Both the position numbers and the translations under genes were made by a program. Shown in pieces: positions 31,653-32,000 of a stretch of DNA of 32,000 nt; position 1 is the first letter of the stretch, and every line of letters starts with the position of its first letter. The notes below the pieces were generated by a model that worked only from the letters and a program-made list of their open reading frames with translations, had not been told where the DNA came from and ran no database searches. The stretch is taken from NCBI GenBank assembly GCA_000008085.1, contig AE017199.1, positions 458,886 to 490,885 of the forward strand. Reading direction: 5' to 3'. The stretch is from Nanoarchaeum equitans Kin4-M. GTDB lineage: Archaea; Nanobdellota; Nanobdellia; Nanobdellales; Nanoarchaeaceae.

Positions 31653-31800
31653 CCACAGGGCTATTCGAGCCTTTTCCCTTATATTTACAATTACGAACCT
31701 TATTATTTAAAAACCTTCTGCGAGGTTTTATAGTAAAAATATTTAAAAACCCCTGCAGAAAGCTATTTGTTATTTTTGTTTATACAAATTCGGTTTTTCA
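31653..31800 (-). promoter_or_regulatory. Probable CRISPR leader with a TATA-like box
   Basis: AT-rich and ORF-free, adjacent to the non-degenerate end of the array. Minus-strand TAAATATAA (31687-31679) lies ~25-30 nt upstream of the first repeat. Confidence 0.5.
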
Positions 31801-32000
31801 ATTGAATTAAATTAAAACCCTACCAATATTTAACAATTAACAATAGAATCACATAGGATTTTGTAAATAAAAATAAAATCCGTAATAGTACATTGAATCA
31901 AAACAAAAACGCTCAAAATAATAAATAACAAAAGCGATAGAGGAAAGTGTAAGAGATTTCAAAAATAGCTAAAAGGCGTTTTCAAAAATGTAAAACCTTA

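Noticed and set aside
31660-31693. The array-flanking motif CTTTTCCCTTATATTTACAATTAC as a degenerate repeat, implying the trailer is on the right
   Set aside because: Similarity to the repeat is weak (shared CTTT start and a TATATT core) and the intervening sequence is only ~18 nt. The clear degenerate and orphan repeats on the left, plus the ATTGAAAG handle on the minus strand, favour a leader on the right. The caveat stands until crRNA ends are mapped.

Overview
This is a strongly AT-rich, very gene-dense archaeal chromosome segment. It holds about 40 protein genes, many with overlapping start/stop codons or overlapping convergent 3' ends. Several hallmarks point to Nanoarchaeum equitans or a very close relative. 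(1) A stand-alone C-terminal DNA polymerase B fragment opens with a 30-aa split-intein C-piece ending in HN, followed by TDS. (2) There is a stand-alone N-terminal alanyl-tRNA synthetase half. (3) There is a tRNA 3'-half gene with a GC-rich leader. (4) GC-rich tRNA genes have TATA-like boxes placed so that transcription could start at tRNA position +1. Positions 1-28,000 are mostly housekeeping: proteasome alpha, aIF6, prefoldin beta, SBDS, EF-2, Spt5, PCNA, Top6A, AspRS, ribosomal proteins L1/L32e/S24e, MscS, an S2P protease, an HDAC-like enzyme, and many RNA-modification enzymes. The RNA-modification set comprises an Ncs6-like thiolase next to a Gly-Gly SAMP, a THUMP methyltransferase, an NSUN m5C methyltransferase, an ArcS-motif protein, a PAPS-reductase-like PP-loop protein and a possible FmrO-like methyltransferase. 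The right end is accessory. It starts with a Cas4-like nuclease co-oriented with the alaS half. Next comes a ~1.6-kb zone (28078-29711) with no intact ORF, containing the tRNA half, three GC-rich structured elements (two form a homologous inverted pair), CRISPR-repeat relics, a second copy of the sequence motif that flanks the array, and an ORF interrupted by one in-frame TGA. Last is a 28-repeat CRISPR array (29751-31652). Its repeat read on the minus strand ends in ATTGAAAG, so the array is probably transcribed right to left from a leader at 31653 onward. The GC-rich elements and the decayed CRISPR-linked zone are the least explained part of the window.
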